Of a stretch of 64,000 nucleotides of DNA, positions 1 through 8,669 are shown one piece after another (position 1 is the stretch's first letter; the number at the start of each line of letters is the position of its first letter). The DNA is from Candidatus Omnitrophota bacterium (lineage in GTDB: Bacteria; Omnitrophota; Gorgyraeia; 2-01-FULL-45-10): assembly GCA_903843285.1 (NCBI GenBank), contig CAIMPC010000062.1:8895-72894 (forward strand), read 5' to 3'. A program made the position numbers and the translations under genes. The notes beneath the pieces are model-generated. The model saw only the letters and a list, made by a program, of their open reading frames with translations, had not been told where the DNA came from and ran no database searches.

Positions 1-866
1 ATACCCGCGAACCTCTGGCGCCCCACCGCATCGATCTCGTCAATAAATATGATCGCGCCACGGCCGCTTACCTTTGCGGACTTCTTCGCCTGCTCAAATA
101 GATCGCGAACCCTGGAAGCCCCGACGCCCACAAACATTTCTACGAAATCAGATCCCGACATCGAAAGAAACGGCACGTCAGCCTCGCCGGCAACGGCCTT
201 TGCCAGGAGCGTCTTACCTGTACCCGGAGGACCCATTAAAAGAACACCTTTAGGTATCTTACCTCCGAGCCGCTGAAACTTCCGAGGATCTTTTAAGAAC
301 TCGATAACTTCCTGAAGCTCTTCCTTGGCTTCATTCACGCCCGCCACATCTTCGAACGTAACCTTAGTCTTCGACTCCGATCCCAGGGTTATGCGGGACT
401 TCCCGAAAGCCATGAATCTGCCGCCGCCTTGAGCCGCACTACCTCTATAGACGAATAACCAAAGGAATAATATGAACAATACCATCGGACCCAGAGAGTA
501 GAATATGTTCATTAGAAGCGTCTTTGGCGGCTTAATATCGAAATCTTTCACATTCTCCCGGAGACTTCTTATGATGTCCTGGTCCGCATCCGGGATATTA
601 ACTATAAATTTCGATCCGTCCGAAAGAGATCCCTTTAAGATATTCTCGACCTTAATACACGAAGCTATCTTTTGGGTTGAAGGATTTTCTTTCAGCATCT
701 GGAAAAACTTTGAATACGACAACTCCTGAACGGGCTTCTCCGATGAAGATGGGTTGAATGTATTTACTAAATATAAAACGCCCAGGATGATAAAAAACCA
801 TATCAAAAAGTTCCCCTTACCCCGCACCGGGGGGACGCTATTCTTCTGTCGATCTTTCTGTTCCAT
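1..866 (-). CDS. ftsH: ATP-dependent zinc metalloprotease FtsH, N-terminal part (runs off the window start)
   Basis: Not in the ORF track because it is partial. Manual translation from ATG at 866 gives two hydrophobic segments, then [21 protein letters not shown] (Walker A), [21 protein letters not shown] and [13 protein letters not shown] (Walker B). Follows tilS as usual. Confidence 0.96.
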   Translation of the reverse strand, partial: MEQKDRQKNSVPPVRGKGNFLIWFFIILGVLYLVNTFNPSSSEKPVQELSYSKFFQMLKENPSTQKIASCIKVENILKGSLSDGSKFIVNIPDADQDIIRSLRENVKDFDIKPPKTLLMNIFYSLGPMVLFILFLWLFVYRGSAAQGGGRFMAFGKSRITLGSESKTKVTFEDVAGVNEAKEELQEVIEFLKDPRKFQRLGGKIPKGVLLMGPPGTGKTLLAKAVAGEADVPFLSMSGSDFVEMFVGVGASRVRDLFEQAKKSAKVSGRGAIIFIDEIDAVGRQRFAG

Positions 867-910
867 ACTATTTAACTCCGATCTTTTTTATTATGTACAT
901 TAAGTAAAAT

Positions 911-939
911 ATATTAGCAGGATATAAGCCTAATGGCAA
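911..939 (-). promoter_or_regulatory. sigma70-like promoter for ftsH
   Basis: TTGCCA-17nt-TAATAT with an extended TG, in the tilS-ftsH gap. Confidence 0.5.
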
Positions 940-941
940 GA

Positions 942-1943
942 TTAGATTTTTCTGATTTTGCTGAGGCGCAGCTCATTTGCACCCCTGTAGGCTACGACTC
1001 CTCCCGGCAAATGCACGGACGAACCTTTGGCTTTACGGTTAATAAGGCCCTCCACCTCTTTCCAGTGCCTGAACGACAACTTCTTAACCTCGCCGCCTGC
1101 TTTTTCCAGACATTCACGTAAGATTTCCTTCTGTATTGAGCGGGATTGAATTATTAAATCTTTAAGCTTTACCTCGACTCCACCGAACTTCGGATAATTA
1201 AGCAGATTTTTAATACCGGCGTTCGCTTCCTCGATAAATTCGAAATCTTCCCGCAGGTGCTCCGCCATGTTAAATAAAGCCCTCTTCAGCCTGGGATTGT
1301 ATTTCTCAAGAAACGGTACGATCTGGCCTCGAACAACATTTCGGAAATATATCGGCTCGATATTAGTGCGGTCGATCCTGTAAAGAATTCCCTCGCTATT
1401 AAGGTATTTCAGGATATCGCGCTTTTCGATCTCAAAAATCGGCCTGATTATTTTAAAATCACCCTCAAGCCGCGACGGGGCTATTCCGACCAGCCCCTTC
1501 AATGACGCACCCTTAATAACGCGCATTAAGATCGTCTCAGCCTGGTCATCCAAAGTGTGCCCCGTGGCGATAATATTGGCACCCAGCTTCTTACCGGCAG
1601 TTCGATAGAATTGATACCGCTCCATGCGCGCATGTTCTTCCGTAGATAAACTTTTAGGTTTGGATTTATTAACATCGATCTTTTTATAAACGATCTCGAC
1701 CCCTAACTCTTTCGCAAGTTTTTTAACAAACAAAGAATCCTCGCCGGACTCTTTGCCCCGCAGTCCATGATCGAGATTACAGACGGAGACCTTCTTCAAA
1801 TTAAGCTTTCTTCCGAGCGATAGAAGCGCATGCAGTAGAAAGACAGAATCCGGCCCGCCCGAACACGCGACCATAACCGAGTCTCCGGGCTTCAACAGCT
1901 CGTAGTTCCGTATCGTCTTCAATACTTGCTCGATTAATTTCAT
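942..1943 (-). CDS. tilS: tRNA(Ile)-lysidine synthetase
   Basis: SGGPDS PP-loop, DHGLR, ATGHTLDDQAETILMR, IIRP, RNVVR; adjacent to ftsH. Confidence 0.96.
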   Translation of the reverse strand: MKLIEQVLKTIRNYELLKPGDSVMVACSGGPDSVFLLHALLSLGRKLNLKKVSVCNLDHGLRGKESGEDSLFVKKLAKELGVEIVYKKIDVNKSKPKSLSTEEHARMERYQFYRTAGKKLGANIIATGHTLDDQAETILMRVIKGASLKGLVGIAPSRLEGDFKIIRPIFEIEKRDILKYLNSEGILYRIDRTNIEPIYFRNVVRGQIVPFLEKYNPRLKRALFNMAEHLREDFEFIEEANAGIKNLLNYPKFGGVEVKLKDLIIQSRSIQKEILRECLEKAGGEVKKLSFRHWKEVEGLINRKAKGSSVHLPGGVVAYRGANELRLSKIRKI

Positions 1944-1990
1944 TTACACTCCGAATGTCACTCGTATGATTTTTAGCCCTCGAAAGATCT

Positions 1991-3232
1991 CTACCCTGCC
2001 GCGCTCTCGCCGGCCAGATGACCGGTGGAGAATGCCTGTTGTAGATTATATCCGCCGCTGGCGGCCGAGCCCTCGATAATCTCGCCCGCAAAATAGAGGC
2101 CCGGAACCAGTTTCGACTCCATAGTCCGCGGGTTGATTTGGCTTATCGAGACACCGCCGCCCGTAACCATCGCCTCTTCTATTGCCAGAGATCCCTTAAC
2201 CGTTAACGGCAACGCCTTAAATAATTTTACTACTTCTCGACGGGCTTTCTGTGTAATCTGATTGACCATGTGCTCCGGATCTATGCCGGCTAATGTCATA
2301 AATAAAGTTATGAGCCTCTGGGGAAGGTAACCTTTCATTATGCTTTTAAACTGCGCCTTACCTGAGGATTTAAATTCCCTTAGCAGTCTATTGTCGAGCT
2401 GTTCGGATGTCAAGGCCGGCTTAAGGTCGATAAAGACATTTACCGCCTTATGGGCTTCTACCATATCCATTACATCACCGCTTAAATCCAGAACCAGGGG
2501 CCCGGATATTCCGAAGTGCGTGAACATAAGTTCGCCTATTTCGGATACGAGCTTCTTTTTCCCTGCTTCAAAGGTTATCCTGATATTCTCGAGCGCTAAT
2601 CCCTGTAAATCTTTTACCCACTCCTGGTTTGTAGTCAGAGGAACGAGGCCCGGCTTAAGTTTAATAATTTTATGGCCCATCTTCTCTGCGATAACAAAAC
2701 CGTCCCCGGATGATCCTGTCGCCCTATAGGACGCGCCGCCCGTAGCGAGTATGACTTTCTTAGCCGATATCGTTCTTTCGGTGCCGATTTCGAGCTTAAA
2801 ATATTCCTTATCTATCTTAATCGATGTAAGCCTCGCGCTGTAAACAATCTTCACACCCAAATCTATAAGACGCCTTACGAGCGCTTCTACCACTGAGCGG
2901 GCCTTATCGTCTGAAGGAAATACCCGTCCTTGGCGCTCAACCTTCATCTCGAGACCACATGAATTGAAGAACTCTATCAGATCGCCATTAAAAAATTTGT
3001 ACAATGCCGTCCGCAGGAATTTACCACTGGTGCCAAACTTTTCTATAAAGGTTTCTATCGGCGCGCTATTAGTTATGTTGCATCTACCCTTACCTGTAAT
3101 CAGTATCTTCTTTCCTATTGAATCATTCCGCTCTATCAGAATAACCATTTTGCCGAGCTCAGCGGCTCGTATAGCAGCCATCGCCCCTGCAGCGCCACCG
3201 CCCACTACGGCTATATCAAAACTTTCGCTCAT
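1991..3232 (-). CDS. HI0933/BaiN-family NAD(P)/FAD-dependent oxidoreductase
   Basis: GGGAAG dinucleotide motif, GKKILITGKGRCNITN, ATGG, THFGISGP, VTGGGV, GGYNLQQAFSTG. Start moved to the ATG after GAGG. Confidence 0.92.
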   Translation of the reverse strand: MSESFDIAVVGGGAAGAMAAIRAAELGKMVILIERNDSIGKKILITGKGRCNITNSAPIETFIEKFGTSGKFLRTALYKFFNGDLIEFFNSCGLEMKVERQGRVFPSDDKARSVVEALVRRLIDLGVKIVYSARLTSIKIDKEYFKLEIGTERTISAKKVILATGGASYRATGSSGDGFVIAEKMGHKIIKLKPGLVPLTTNQEWVKDLQGLALENIRITFEAGKKKLVSEIGELMFTHFGISGPLVLDLSGDVMDMVEAHKAVNVFIDLKPALTSEQLDNRLLREFKSSGKAQFKSIMKGYLPQRLITLFMTLAGIDPEHMVNQITQKARREVVKLFKALPLTVKGSLAIEEAMVTGGGVSISQINPRTMESKLVPGLYFAGEIIEGSAASGGYNLQQAFSTGHLAGESAAG

Positions 3233-3239
3233 TAAAGCC

Positions 3240-3635
3240 TCATGTGACATGGTAGACATCTCTCATAAGCTTAGCCACGACCTCACGATCAGCCTTTGCG
3301 AAATCGTAGGCAGCGAGATCCTTAGGTTCGACCCATTTTAATTCATCATGATCCAGAGCGCGAAACTCGCCCGATATGTGGCGGACTTTGTATACCAATA
3401 GCTCCAGCGGAACAAGCATATATTTGAAACTGCTCCGGCAGATAAAATCCCCTATCTCGGCCTCTATACCCAATTCTTCTTTGAGCTCTCTCCTAAGGCA
3501 CTCCTCCGGCGTCTCACCGGCATCTATCTTACCACCCGGGAATTCCCATCTGCCACCGTGCCGATCGCCTGCACGCCTTTTGGCGATCAATATCTTCCCG
3601 TCTTTCTCTATAACCGCAGCTGTGACTTTAAACAT
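3240..3635 (-). CDS. mutT: MutT-like NUDIX pyrophosphohydrolase
   Basis: Nudix box WEFPGGKIDAGETPEECLRRELKEELG; start at MFKVTAAVI. Confidence 0.85.
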   Translation of the reverse strand: MFKVTAAVIEKDGKILIAKRRAGDRHGGRWEFPGGKIDAGETPEECLRRELKEELGIEAEIGDFICRSSFKYMLVPLELLVYKVRHISGEFRALDHDELKWVEPKDLAAYDFAKADREVVAKLMRDVYHVT

Positions 3636-3636
3636 G

Positions 3637-3972
3637 TTAGTGTCCCGCCATATCGCCATGGTAACGATCATCCCACGACTCATCCCTCATCCTATTAAGC
3701 TCGTTTTGCATCTCCTGCATTGTTATCTTCTCTTCATACGCCTTATTCAGATCTACAGGGCATAGCGCTACATCTATCCATCCCTTTGCATTGTCATCCC
3801 AGAAGAACGCGACATGACCAGCATCCGAATCGATCATAATCTTAAATAGCCTGCCATTAACATCCATGACATCTTCCAAATATCGCTCTTTTTCATGATG
3901 TTCGGCATAGGAATTAAGCTGAAATAAAGCCAACGCCGCTATTATAATTACTAATATTATTTGAGGTCGCAT
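3637..3972 (-). CDS. hypothetical exported protein
   Basis: 111-aa ORF with signal-peptide-like N-terminus (MRPQIILVIIIAALALFQLNSYA), abutting mutT. Confidence 0.65.
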   Translation of the reverse strand: MRPQIILVIIIAALALFQLNSYAEHHEKERYLEDVMDVNGRLFKIMIDSDAGHVAFFWDDNAKGWIDVALCPVDLNKAYEEKITMQEMQNELNRMRDESWDDRYHGDMAGH

Positions 3973-4043
3973 AATCTATTGTTAGTGGGATAGAATTGTT
4001 TGCCCTGCGTTTATCGTTGCTATCTCATAATAGCGAAACAGAA

Positions 4044-4120
4044 TGGTAGCGGGGACTGGATTTGAACCAGTGACACGCCGGGTATGAGCCGACTGCTCTG
4101 CCAGACTGAGCTACCCCGCC
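4044..4120 (-). tRNA. tRNA-Met (CAT), elongator type
   Basis: Reverse complement GGCGGGGTAGCTCAGTCTGGCAGAGCAGTCGGCTCATACCCGGCGTGTCACTGGTTCAAATCCAGTCCCCGCTACCA folds into a cloverleaf with CAT anticodon, TTC arm and encoded CCA. It lacks the initiator C1 mismatch and GGG/CCC anticodon stem. Confidence 0.93.
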
Positions 4121-4150
4121 ACAGAAAAAATTACTACCAAAATCGTGAGA

Positions 4151-4179
4151 ATTATAGCATATTCATCTAACCAGCGCAA
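4151..4179 (-). promoter_or_regulatory. sigma70-like promoter for tRNA-Met
   Basis: TTGCGC-17nt-TATAAT with an extended TG, 30 nt upstream of the tRNA. Confidence 0.7.
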
Positions 4180-4271
4180 CAATTGACCAACCGTTCATAA
4201 TAAGCGCTCCCCCTTGCTTTTACCCGTATTCCGGGGGTTCACTTTATCATTGATTACATTTTTAATGCGCA

Positions 4272-4332
4272 GGGACACGTTTAATCTGAAAAAAGGGGAC
4301 ACGTTAAAGGTTGGATTTGCCAAACGGTACAA
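4272..4332. repeat. ~62-bp GGGACAS repeat, copy A (overlaps larE 3' end)
   Basis: GGGACACGTTTAATCTGAAAAAAGGGGACACGTTAAAGGTTGGATTTGCCAAACGGTACAA, near-identical to copies at 59132, 60431 and 61728. Confidence 0.9.
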
Positions 4333-5128
4333 AGTAAGATGATTCGTGCATGCTTCCGGTGCGATATCCGGCAAGGTCCAGGGCAATGTACACGAAGCCA
4401 AGCTTTTTAAGATTATCGACAATGGCTTTTTTTAGTTTTAAAACTTTTCTCTGATCTTCGGGTAAGAGTTCGAGCCTGGCGATATCACCATGTATCCTAA
4501 CCCTCACCTGTCTGAACCCCAGAGACCTCAAATAGCTTTCAGCTTTATCGACTCTATTCAGATCTTTTGCCGATATCTTGCTGTGAAATGGAAAACGAGA
4601 TGCAAGGCATGCAAATGACGGTTTGTCCCAGGTAGACAGCCCTAGTTTTCTGGAATATCTCCGGATGTCGTCTTTTGTGAATACGGCTTCGACTAACGGG
4701 CTCCTGACTCCCAGCTCCTTCGCCGCAAACCTACCGTAGCGCACATCCTTCAGGTCATCGTAATTTGCGCCATCGAGCAGATAACTCATCTTATGCGATT
4801 TGCGCAAATTATCCAGCTTTTTGAATAACTCCTTCTTACAGTAGTAGCATCGATTGACGGGATTGGACTTAAAATGTTTTATCGCAAGCTCCTTAGTGTC
4901 TATCGTCAGATGCCTGGCGCCAATTACCTTGGCTACGCGCACGGCCTCTTTATATTCCGCGGCCGGATAGGTCTCGGATCTCGCCGTCACAGCAAGCACA
5001 TTATCCTCACCCAGCACGTCAACAGCGACCTTCAGCAGAAAAGCGCTATCGAGTCCGCCAGAATAGGCGATGACAACGCTGTCCATATTCCTTAATATCT
5101 GCTTTAACTTGCTAAGCTTGTTCATCAT
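4304..5128 (-). CDS. larE: LarE-family (PP-loop) ATP-dependent sulfur transferase
   Basis: AYSGGLDS PP-loop, NPVNRCYYCK, DGANYDDLKDVRYG, WDKPSFACLASR, GYRTGSM. Confidence 0.88.
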   Translation of the reverse strand: MMNKLSKLKQILRNMDSVVIAYSGGLDSAFLLKVAVDVLGEDNVLAVTARSETYPAAEYKEAVRVAKVIGARHLTIDTKELAIKHFKSNPVNRCYYCKKELFKKLDNLRKSHKMSYLLDGANYDDLKDVRYGRFAAKELGVRSPLVEAVFTKDDIRRYSRKLGLSTWDKPSFACLASRFPFHSKISAKDLNRVDKAESYLRSLGFRQVRVRIHGDIARLELLPEDQRKVLKLKKAIVDNLKKLGFVYIALDLAGYRTGSMHESSYFVPFGKSNL

Positions 5129-5145
5129 CTCCACTCTCCAGCAAC

Positions 5146-5381
5146 TAATTTTTCGGCTAACTCAATAGTTAACAGCAAAATATTTTGCAAGACACCGGCG
5201 GCTAAGCGGCAGGATAGTCCTTGAGGCGTAAGGTTTTTCGAAGCGGCCGTAGCAATTAAGTGATGCAAATCTTGCACACATTAATTGCAGGCTGCCGAAA
5301 AACTAGCCGAAAGGACACCTGCCGATAAAGCCGCAAAAATATCAATTGGAGTAAAATATTTTAGTCTCCGCCGAAAAATTA
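5146..5381. repeat. 236-bp foldback element (MITE-like or structured RNA) with 12-bp terminal inverted repeats
   Basis: TAATTTTTCGGC (5146-5157) and GCCGAAAAATTA (5370-5381) are perfect IRs; nested complementary arms continue to a centre near 5270. Confidence 0.8.
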
Positions 5382-6485
5382 TCGCGCCCCTTTTATCCAG
5401 CCTCCGCCGAGGACCACATTCTTTTCATAGAAGACCACGGCTTGCCCCGGAGTCGGAGCGGACTGAGGCTCGTCAAAGTCGACCTTAACGGCATCGACAC
5501 CCAGCTTTGTCACAACGGCTTTAGCTTTCTTATGATTATACCGTATCTTCGCTTCTACCTTCATCGGTTTTTCAATATCTTTAATTGAAATCCAGTTTAG
5601 CCTGTCCGCGATGACTCTCCTCTTAAGCAATTCTTTCCTCACTCCAACCACAACGCGATTATTATGAATATCAATCTCTGTAACATATAGCGGTTCTTTA
5701 TGAGCGATCCCCAGCCCGCGACGCTGTCCGATGGTGTAACTCATTATACCTTTATGACAGCCGAGGACCTTGCCATTTTTATCTACTATCGACCCGGGTC
5801 TTGCTTCTACCCCCGTCTTGATCTTTATATATTCATCATAATCTTTGTCCTGCACAAAACAGATATCCTGGCTCGAAACCGTGTTATACGTCCTGACCTT
5901 CATCTTTTTTGCTAATGCCCTGACACGATCTTTCGTAAGTCCGCCGAGAGGGAAGATCGTATGCTTCAGCTGTTCCTGCGAAAGATTAAATAAGAAATAT
6001 GATTGGTCTTTTATTTTATCTTTGCCCTCTTTTAGCAGAAATCGCCCGGTCCGCTTATCCAAACCCGCATTCACATAATGACCCGTAGCGACGTATGAAG
6101 CGCCGAGCGACTGAGCTTTCTCCAGCATCTTACCGAACTTTATCTTCTGGTTACAGATCACGCACGGGTTCGGTGTAAGCCCCTTAAGGTACTCCGAACA
6201 AAAGTAGTCCACTACGTATTTTTTAAAGTCCGCGCTGAAATCAACAACGTAGTAAGGTATGCCGAGGTCTTCGGAAACTGCTCTTGCCCGCGTGACAGCC
6301 TCGAGACTGCAGCAGGCGCGCTCGGAGCTCTGTCCGCATTCTTCCTTAGGCCACATCCTGAATGTGATGCCTATGACGTCGTAGCCTTCCTTCTTAAGTA
6401 AGGCCGCGGCAAGAGAAGAATCTACTCCGCCTGACATTCCGACTACGACTTTAACCTTAGAGTTTGCCCGCTTCTTTAGCGCCAT
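5379..6485 (-). CDS. mnmA: tRNA 2-thiouridylase MnmA (CXXC-containing type)
   Basis: GMSGGVDSS, TPNPCVICN, ATGHY, KDQSYFL, SQDICF, YTIGQRRGLG, TPGQAVVFY. Confidence 0.96.
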   Translation of the reverse strand: MALKKRANSKVKVVVGMSGGVDSSLAAALLKKEGYDVIGITFRMWPKEECGQSSERACCSLEAVTRARAVSEDLGIPYYVVDFSADFKKYVVDYFCSEYLKGLTPNPCVICNQKIKFGKMLEKAQSLGASYVATGHYVNAGLDKRTGRFLLKEGKDKIKDQSYFLFNLSQEQLKHTIFPLGGLTKDRVRALAKKMKVRTYNTVSSQDICFVQDKDYDEYIKIKTGVEARPGSIVDKNGKVLGCHKGIMSYTIGQRRGLGIAHKEPLYVTEIDIHNNRVVVGVRKELLKRRVIADRLNWISIKDIEKPMKVEAKIRYNHKKAKAVVTKLGVDAVKVDFDEPQSAPTPGQAVVFYEKNVVLGGGWIKGAR

Positions 6486-7518
6486 ATCGATCCATAAAAT
6501 CTTCTGTCGTCTTAACCACAAATTTATCTTTTACCTGCGAAATGATCAGGGCATCCTCACCATGACCTATATCCAGCAATTTTAATCCCTTATCACCGAG
6601 AATACATAACGCGGTCGCCAGAATATCGGCGGCCGACGCATCATCGGCGATCACGGTGGAGCTGATATTGCCGTCGCCCATAGGATATCCGTTCCTGGGA
6701 TCTATGATATGCGAATAACGCCTCCCACCCAACATAAAAAATCTTTCATAATCGCCGGATGTTATAACGGCTTTATTTCGCACCTTGAGTTTTAAAAATA
6801 TCCTGCCTCTTTCTCTCGGATGTTGAATACCGACATTCCATAATTTCTTCGCCGATGGCGCCCCCAGACAATACATATTGCCGCCGGGATTAACGATTGC
6901 ATTATGAATGCCGTTTGCAATAAGCACTTTAGCGGCGCGATCTGCCGCATATCCTTTCGCCACTCCTCCCAGATCTATCGCCATTGCCTCCTTCTTAAAA
7001 GAGATCGTCTTCCGGAGGCTGTCCAATACCACATATTTTGAACCGACTCGCTCTACGGCATTTTTAATATCTTCTTCGCCCGGAAGGGCTCCAAGCGTTT
7101 TAGCCTTCGCCCAAATATCCACCAGGGGTTTTACGGTAATATCGAATGCGCCATCGGTCCTGAAGCTGTAGTCAATAGACTTCTTTATTAAGCCGAATGT
7201 CTCATCCGATATTTTTAATACTTCATCTTTTTTCAACCTGTTGATCTTCGAAACTTCACTATCTTCTTTATATACGCTGAGGAGGCTTTCTATGCGCGCT
7301 ATTTCATTGAACGCCTTGTCGATAGCCCCGACAATCTCACCTGAGCGCTTCCTCTCGGACGCAGGCACCTTAATCTGAACGATGGTACCCATGAGAAAAG
7401 CTTCTTTCTCCACCATTGGTATGGCATAATTGGCTCCCTGCAGCATGAAGAAAGCGCATGGCGCGGCGGTGAAGGCCAGTAATATCACGGTTATTATTAT
7501 ACGCCGGGAAGGGGTCAT
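6457..7518 (-). CDS. apbE: FAD:protein FMN transferase
   Basis: N-terminal TM segment, LMGT, GAFDITV, DLGGVAKGYAAD, TSGDYER, YSHIIDPRNGYP, ADILATAL. Confidence 0.93.
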   Translation of the reverse strand: MTPSRRIIITVILLAFTAAPCAFFMLQGANYAIPMVEKEAFLMGTIVQIKVPASERKRSGEIVGAIDKAFNEIARIESLLSVYKEDSEVSKINRLKKDEVLKISDETFGLIKKSIDYSFRTDGAFDITVKPLVDIWAKAKTLGALPGEEDIKNAVERVGSKYVVLDSLRKTISFKKEAMAIDLGGVAKGYAADRAAKVLIANGIHNAIVNPGGNMYCLGAPSAKKLWNVGIQHPRERGRIFLKLKVRNKAVITSGDYERFFMLGGRRYSHIIDPRNGYPMGDGNISSTVIADDASAADILATALCILGDKGLKLLDIGHGEDALIISQVKDKFVVKTTEDFMDRYGAKEAGKL

Positions 7519-8609
7519 TTCAGGCTATCGACAACTTTATCGATATCGATATATTTCTCTACCATATCTACTATTATCTTTATCTTCTCGGCATCCTGAG
7601 GTTTAAGCTTAACGATCATGGAATGGACGCGAGAGGCAATCTTATAGGTATCTTCTTTCGTGGTAAGGACCGGTATCTTCGACTTCTTAAGCCTGCTCAT
7701 GCTTCCACGCTTAGGCATAAGCCCGCCCGATATTATCAGCCCCGAGAAGCGGCAACCCTTTTTCATCCTGCCGGACTGGACCTTACAGGCGGCCTCGATC
7801 ATTTCGTCACGGTCGCCCGGTATAATCATAAGGGTATTATTCGATAGAAATTTAATAGCGTCTCTGACATTCATCGCACCGATAAGCACGTTCTCCACCG
7901 GCTTATCAAAGCTATCACCTTCATACAGTACGTGGATCTTTAATTCTTCCCTTATCTCGCGCATTGTGGGTATATCGAGTATCTTCTGATATGGCAATGC
8001 TCCAAATACGTTCAATTTCTTCTGCTCAAGGCCCTTAACAACCAGTTTTGATATCCTCTCATACTTCTCCGGAAGAACTTTATTTATGACAACACCGGCT
8101 ATCTTTACACCCTCTTTATCGAAAAGGGCCTTATTCAGCATTATCTCATCGATAGGCTTACCAACACCGCCTGATGATATGAGAAGCACGTCGGCGCCCA
8201 AAAGCTTTGCGACCACAGCATTCGACAGATCGAGCACGCTTCCCACGCCGGCGTGACCGGTACCTTCGATTATCACCAGGTCATTATTTTTTGCTACGCG
8301 CCCATACGCCTCCGTTATCTGCCTGGTATAATCATTATCCGATCCCTTCTCTATAAACCGCTCGGTAAATCCGCGTTCGATAGCGATCGGAGACATATCC
8401 TTAATGTTGCACTTAATTCCGAACACTTCCTCTATGAGAACCGAATCCTCGTCCACCTTATAACCCTGCTCAACGAGATAACGCTGTCCGATGGGTTTAA
8501 TGAATCCTATCTTATCGAACCGCTTCTTCAGCGCCGCTATCAATCCGAGCGAAACGGTGGTCTTGCCGTCATTCTGCATCGTGGCCGCGACAAATATCTT
8601 CTTCGCCAT
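7515..8609 (-). CDS. BioD-like P-loop plus DRTGG domain protein (phosphotransacetylase N-terminal-like, no PTA catalytic domain)
   Basis: ATMQNDGKTT P-loop, GFIKPIG, IIEGTGH, and IIPGDRDE (DRTGG-like); 364 aa. Confidence 0.82.
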   Translation of the reverse strand: MAKKIFVAATMQNDGKTTVSLGLIAALKKRFDKIGFIKPIGQRYLVEQGYKVDEDSVLIEEVFGIKCNIKDMSPIAIERGFTERFIEKGSDNDYTRQITEAYGRVAKNNDLVIIEGTGHAGVGSVLDLSNAVVAKLLGADVLLISSGGVGKPIDEIMLNKALFDKEGVKIAGVVINKVLPEKYERISKLVVKGLEQKKLNVFGALPYQKILDIPTMREIREELKIHVLYEGDSFDKPVENVLIGAMNVRDAIKFLSNNTLMIIPGDRDEMIEAACKVQSGRMKKGCRFSGLIISGGLMPKRGSMSRLKKSKIPVLTTKEDTYKIASRVHSMIVKLKPQDAEKIKIIVDMVEKYIDIDKVVDSLK

Positions 8610-8669
8610 GAAAAATGGGTTCCCTTTTTCTGCTGCTGGGCTGAAATATCTAACCAGGTTAAATAGCTA

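Noticed and set aside
4044-4120. tRNA-Ile2 (TilS substrate) or initiator tRNA, given nearby tilS
   Set aside because: GGCGG acceptor stem and CATAC loop fit elongator Met better and initiator features are absent; a covariance-model score would settle it
4195-4422. 75-aa minus-strand ORF overlapping the larE end
   Set aside because: Alternative frame through larE and the repeat; similar peptides arise from other repeat copies
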